Positions 60,801 to 62,793 of a stretch of DNA of 62,793 bases are shown here, in pieces. The stretch's first letter is position 1; each line of letters opens with the position of its first letter. The DNA comes from a virus, in IMG/VR virus record IMGVR_UViG_3300045988_104691. One strand, given 5' to 3'. The notes under the pieces are model-generated. The model was not told the DNA's origin, searched no databases, and was given only the letters and a program-made list of their open reading frames with translations. Both the position numbers and the translations under genes were made by a program.

Positions 60801-62138
60801 TCATGCTTCCCATCCGATTTCCTTCAGGCCGAGCGGCTGTTCCATCCGCCGCATGGCAGAGAGGCTTTCGTCCAGACTGGCGTGACGGTAATGTTCAACC
60901 ATAAGACTGCTGGAGTGTCCAATGATCTCCTGCACGAGTCCGTCGTCAACGCCCATGGATTTGAGGATGGTGACGGTGGTGTGACGGGTTTCGTGACGGT
61001 AGCGGCCTTCGGGATTGTCGATGCCCGCGTTTTTGAGCAGTTCGCGGAAGTTCGTCATGTCTTCGGCGGGGTTGAGCGGGTTGCCGTCGTCGTCGCGGAA
61101 CAGGAGCCCGTTCGGGTTCGGGACGTGTTCCGTTGCTTTCAGGTAGGCGCTCATGGCCTGTGCGAGGGAGGGGACGATAGGGATACGCCGGCCGGTTTTG
61201 GATTTGGGGCGGGTGAGACACCAGCGGCCTCCCAGTTCCTCCATGTCGAATCCTTCGGGGATGCGCCATTTCCAGAACGGGCAGCTTGCGGCACGCTTGT
61301 ATCCGCAGGGCCATATGCCTTTGCGGTTGGGGTGGTTGCCGCAGCCGTGGTCTTTTTTCAGTTCCTCCAGTTTCCAGTTGACGTTGTAGGAGCCGTAGGG
61401 GATGCCGTCCGGCGTGGCGGCGAGGGTGAGGTCTTCGAGCTTGGCTCCCAGTACTTCGTTGGGGCGCATGCCGGTGCAGAGGCGGAACCATTCCTTCGCG
61501 CCGTTGCGGATGCCGAGGTGGGTGGCGGCGACGAGGATGTCGTGCGCCTGCTGTTCGGTGAACGCGTCTCGTTCCTTGACGAGCTCGTGGGTGATGTCCT
61601 TGTTTTTCGGGGTGGGGACGCCCTGCATGGGGTTGGTGGGGATGATGCGGTCTGCGACGGCGGATTTGAATATCTGGTTGAGGGTGGTGCGCATCTGCTT
61701 GCGTAGGCTGAGGCTGGCCTTTTTGCCGGTCGGGTTGCCGTGGTGATCGGTGACTTTCATGTGGTCGATGATTCTGGCGCAGCGTGTGGCGTTCATTTCG
61801 CCGAGTTTCTGGTTGGCGTAGGGGTGCAGGTGCGTTTCTACCAGCGTCGTGTAGTTGGCGAATGTTTTCGGGTCGGTGTCGGCCTTGCGTCGTTCGAGCC
61901 ATGCCGCAGCGTATTCGCCGAAGCGTACGTTGTTGTTGGAGGTCATGCCGAAGGTGTTTTCCTCTTCGATGGCCTTCCTGAGTTTCGTGTCGCATGCGCG
62001 GTAGGTCTGTGCCGTGTATTGGTGTCCCCTGAATGAGCATTTCCATCTTACGTAGGTTTTGGTGGTGCCGTCCTTCAGGGTCTTCTTGACTTCGATCTTG
62101 TATGGGCGTATGACGCCGTTGCGTGCTTTGCGTGGCAT
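60801..62138 (-). CDS. int: Tyrosine integrase, 445 aa
   Basis: ATG 62138 follows an AAGGAGG RBS. N-terminal arm-binding-like domain. Catalytic residues: R in TGMRPNE, HETRHT, GHSSSLMVEHY. Adjacent to attP. Confidence 0.9.
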   Translation of the reverse strand: MPRKARNGVIRPYKIEVKKTLKDGTTKTYVRWKCSFRGHQYTAQTYRACDTKLRKAIEEENTFGMTSNNNVRFGEYAAAWLERRKADTDPKTFANYTTLVETHLHPYANQKLGEMNATRCARIIDHMKVTDHHGNPTGKKASLSLRKQMRTTLNQIFKSAVADRIIPTNPMQGVPTPKNKDITHELVKERDAFTEQQAHDILVAATHLGIRNGAKEWFRLCTGMRPNEVLGAKLEDLTLAATPDGIPYGSYNVNWKLEELKKDHGCGNHPNRKGIWPCGYKRAASCPFWKWRIPEGFDMEELGGRWCLTRPKSKTGRRIPIVPSLAQAMSAYLKATEHVPNPNGLLFRDDDGNPLNPAEDMTNFRELLKNAGIDNPEGRYRHETRHTTVTILKSMGVDDGLVQEIIGHSSSLMVEHYRHASLDESLSAMRRMEQPLGLKEIGWEA

Positions 62139-62174
62139 TTTGGCCTCCTTGGTTTTCCGTCCGACCTGTTGGTT

Positions 62175-62191
62175 ATACACAGTTGCACACA
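62175..62191 (+). repeat. attP arm-type direct repeat ATACACAGTTGCACACA
   Basis: 16/17 identical to 62411-62427. The two copies flank the tRNA-derived core. Confidence 0.5.
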
Positions 62192-62281
62192 AACAGATGA
62201 TTATCAAATGATTATCAAATGTTTAACAAACGTTGAAATACCAACGTTTGCTGACTGTGGCTGTAGGGCTGTTTTTATTCT

Positions 62282-62334
62282 ACATCCGACTGTTAATCGG
62301 ACGGTCACTGGTTCAAGCCCAGTCGCAGGAGCCA
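62282..62334 (+). other. attP core: 3' part of tRNA-Asn(GTT), from the anticodon stem to CCA
   Basis: ACATCCGA-CTGTTAA-TCGGA CGGTC ACTGG-TTCAAGC-CCAGT CGCAGGA G CCA. The matching 5' acceptor strand is absent. Confidence 0.75.
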
Positions 62335-62410
62335 TGGTAGGAGCCCTTGGTTTCCAAGGGTTCCGCTCTTCGGGCGGCCCTCTGCGGAAGGGGCTGCGGA
62401 TGGGCCGGGG

Positions 62411-62427
62411 ATACACAGTTGGACACA
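62411..62427 (+). repeat. attP arm-type direct repeat ATACACAGTTGGACACA
   Basis: 16/17 identical to 62175-62191. Confidence 0.5.
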
Positions 62428-62626
62428 GATTCGCATATTCGTCGGGACACGCCGTGAGGACGGGGTTTGCGTCCGACATCGCGGCGTGTCGCCGGGATGG
62501 CCGCGAAGCCATAGGGGGTTACGTCGGGAACGTCTCCGCAGTCTCCTGCATCTCGGTATCCGAAACGTGCTGTTCCGTATCCCGAGATTTTTTCAATATT
62601 CACAATATTTTCACGAAAACTGTGGA

Positions 62627-62670
62627 TTGAGGCTCACCAAAACCTCATTTGAGCCTCAATTGAGCCTCAG
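62627..62670. repeat. TTGAGCCTCA repeats: two tandem copies plus one inverted copy
   Basis: TTGAGGCTCA at 62627-62636 is the inverted copy. TTGAGCCTCAA (62649-62659) and TTGAGCCTCAG (62660-62670) are the tandem copies. Confidence 0.7.
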
Positions 62671-62674
62671 CTAG

Positions 62675-62793
62675 ACAGCATGTCTAATTTCGAATCGGCT
62701 TCATAGAGCCGTTTTCAGAGGGTCGTGATGTCACGCTTCGGTCACACGATGTCACAACGATGTCACGCTTCGGTCACAACGATGTCACAACGA
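62675..62793. repeat. Terminal direct repeat, copy 2 (identical to 1-119)
   Basis: Base-by-base comparison of the window start and end. Confidence 0.95.

Larger units (their letters stand above)
1..62793. mobile_element. Complete temperate siphovirus-type phage genome, circularly closed contig
   Basis: Lysogeny, switch, recombination/replication, packaging, head, tail and lysis modules are all present. attP carries a tRNA 3' fragment. Bases 1-119 repeat at 62675-62793. Confidence 0.85.

Noticed and set aside
1-62793. Diversity-generating retroelement or retron.
   Set aside because: No ORF shows reverse-transcriptase motifs such as YxDD. No template/variable repeat pair was noticed near the tail fibre genes.

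Overview
The window is a complete, circularly closed genome of a temperate siphovirus-type phage. Its composition is high-GC and actinobacterial, and it resembles Bifidobacterium prophages; that host assignment is inference from composition and gene content only. Bases 1-119 are identical to 62675-62793, so the unique length is 62,674 bp. Layout: (i) 1-1.8 kb holds phased GTCAC repeats, a membrane-protein gene (-) preceded by two LexA-type boxes, and a divergent cI-like/cro-like HTH switch with palindromic operators. (ii) 1.8-22.1 kb is a tightly packed + strand early operon with ATGA/TGATG start-stop overlaps throughout. It encodes an antirepressor, two Lar-like proteins, an SPFH protein, RecT, SSB, RusA, a replisome organizer, an Orn-like exonuclease, dUTPase, a MazG-like protein, and several paralog families of unknown function. 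(iii) 22.3-30.1 kb is a reverse-strand island of 16 ORFans: two paralogous lipoproteins, two HTH regulators, and many acidic Trp/Asp-rich proteins. I consider this the best candidate for an undescribed accessory system (anti-defence, superinfection exclusion, or lysogenic conversion). (iv) 30.1-31.7 kb is non-coding. It has a purine/A-tract-rich stretch, four TAACCTACG repeats at exact 15-bp spacing, a structured element, a tRNA-Ser(CGA)-like gene with an irregular anticodon loop, and a tRNA-like element whose anticodon arm is replaced by a 15-nt all-pyrimidine loop. (v) 31.7-58.9 kb holds two HNH genes, terS/terL, portal, MuF, scaffold, capsid, connectors, major tail protein, G/T chaperones with a GGGAAAA -1 frameshift, a 2125-aa tape measure, minor tail proteins/fibre, holin and amidase endolysin. 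(vi) 59.1-62.4 kb is a translationally coupled (-) operon of integrase, an unknown 283-aa protein and a second XerC/D-like tyrosine recombinase, next to an attP carrying the 3' part of tRNA-Asn(GTT). Two small early genes carry in-frame TGA codons in the same GGN-TGA-AAR context, with coding signal continuing downstream. No CRISPR array, reverse transcriptase, rRNA or IS element was seen. All functional calls come from reading motifs by eye; no database search was run.
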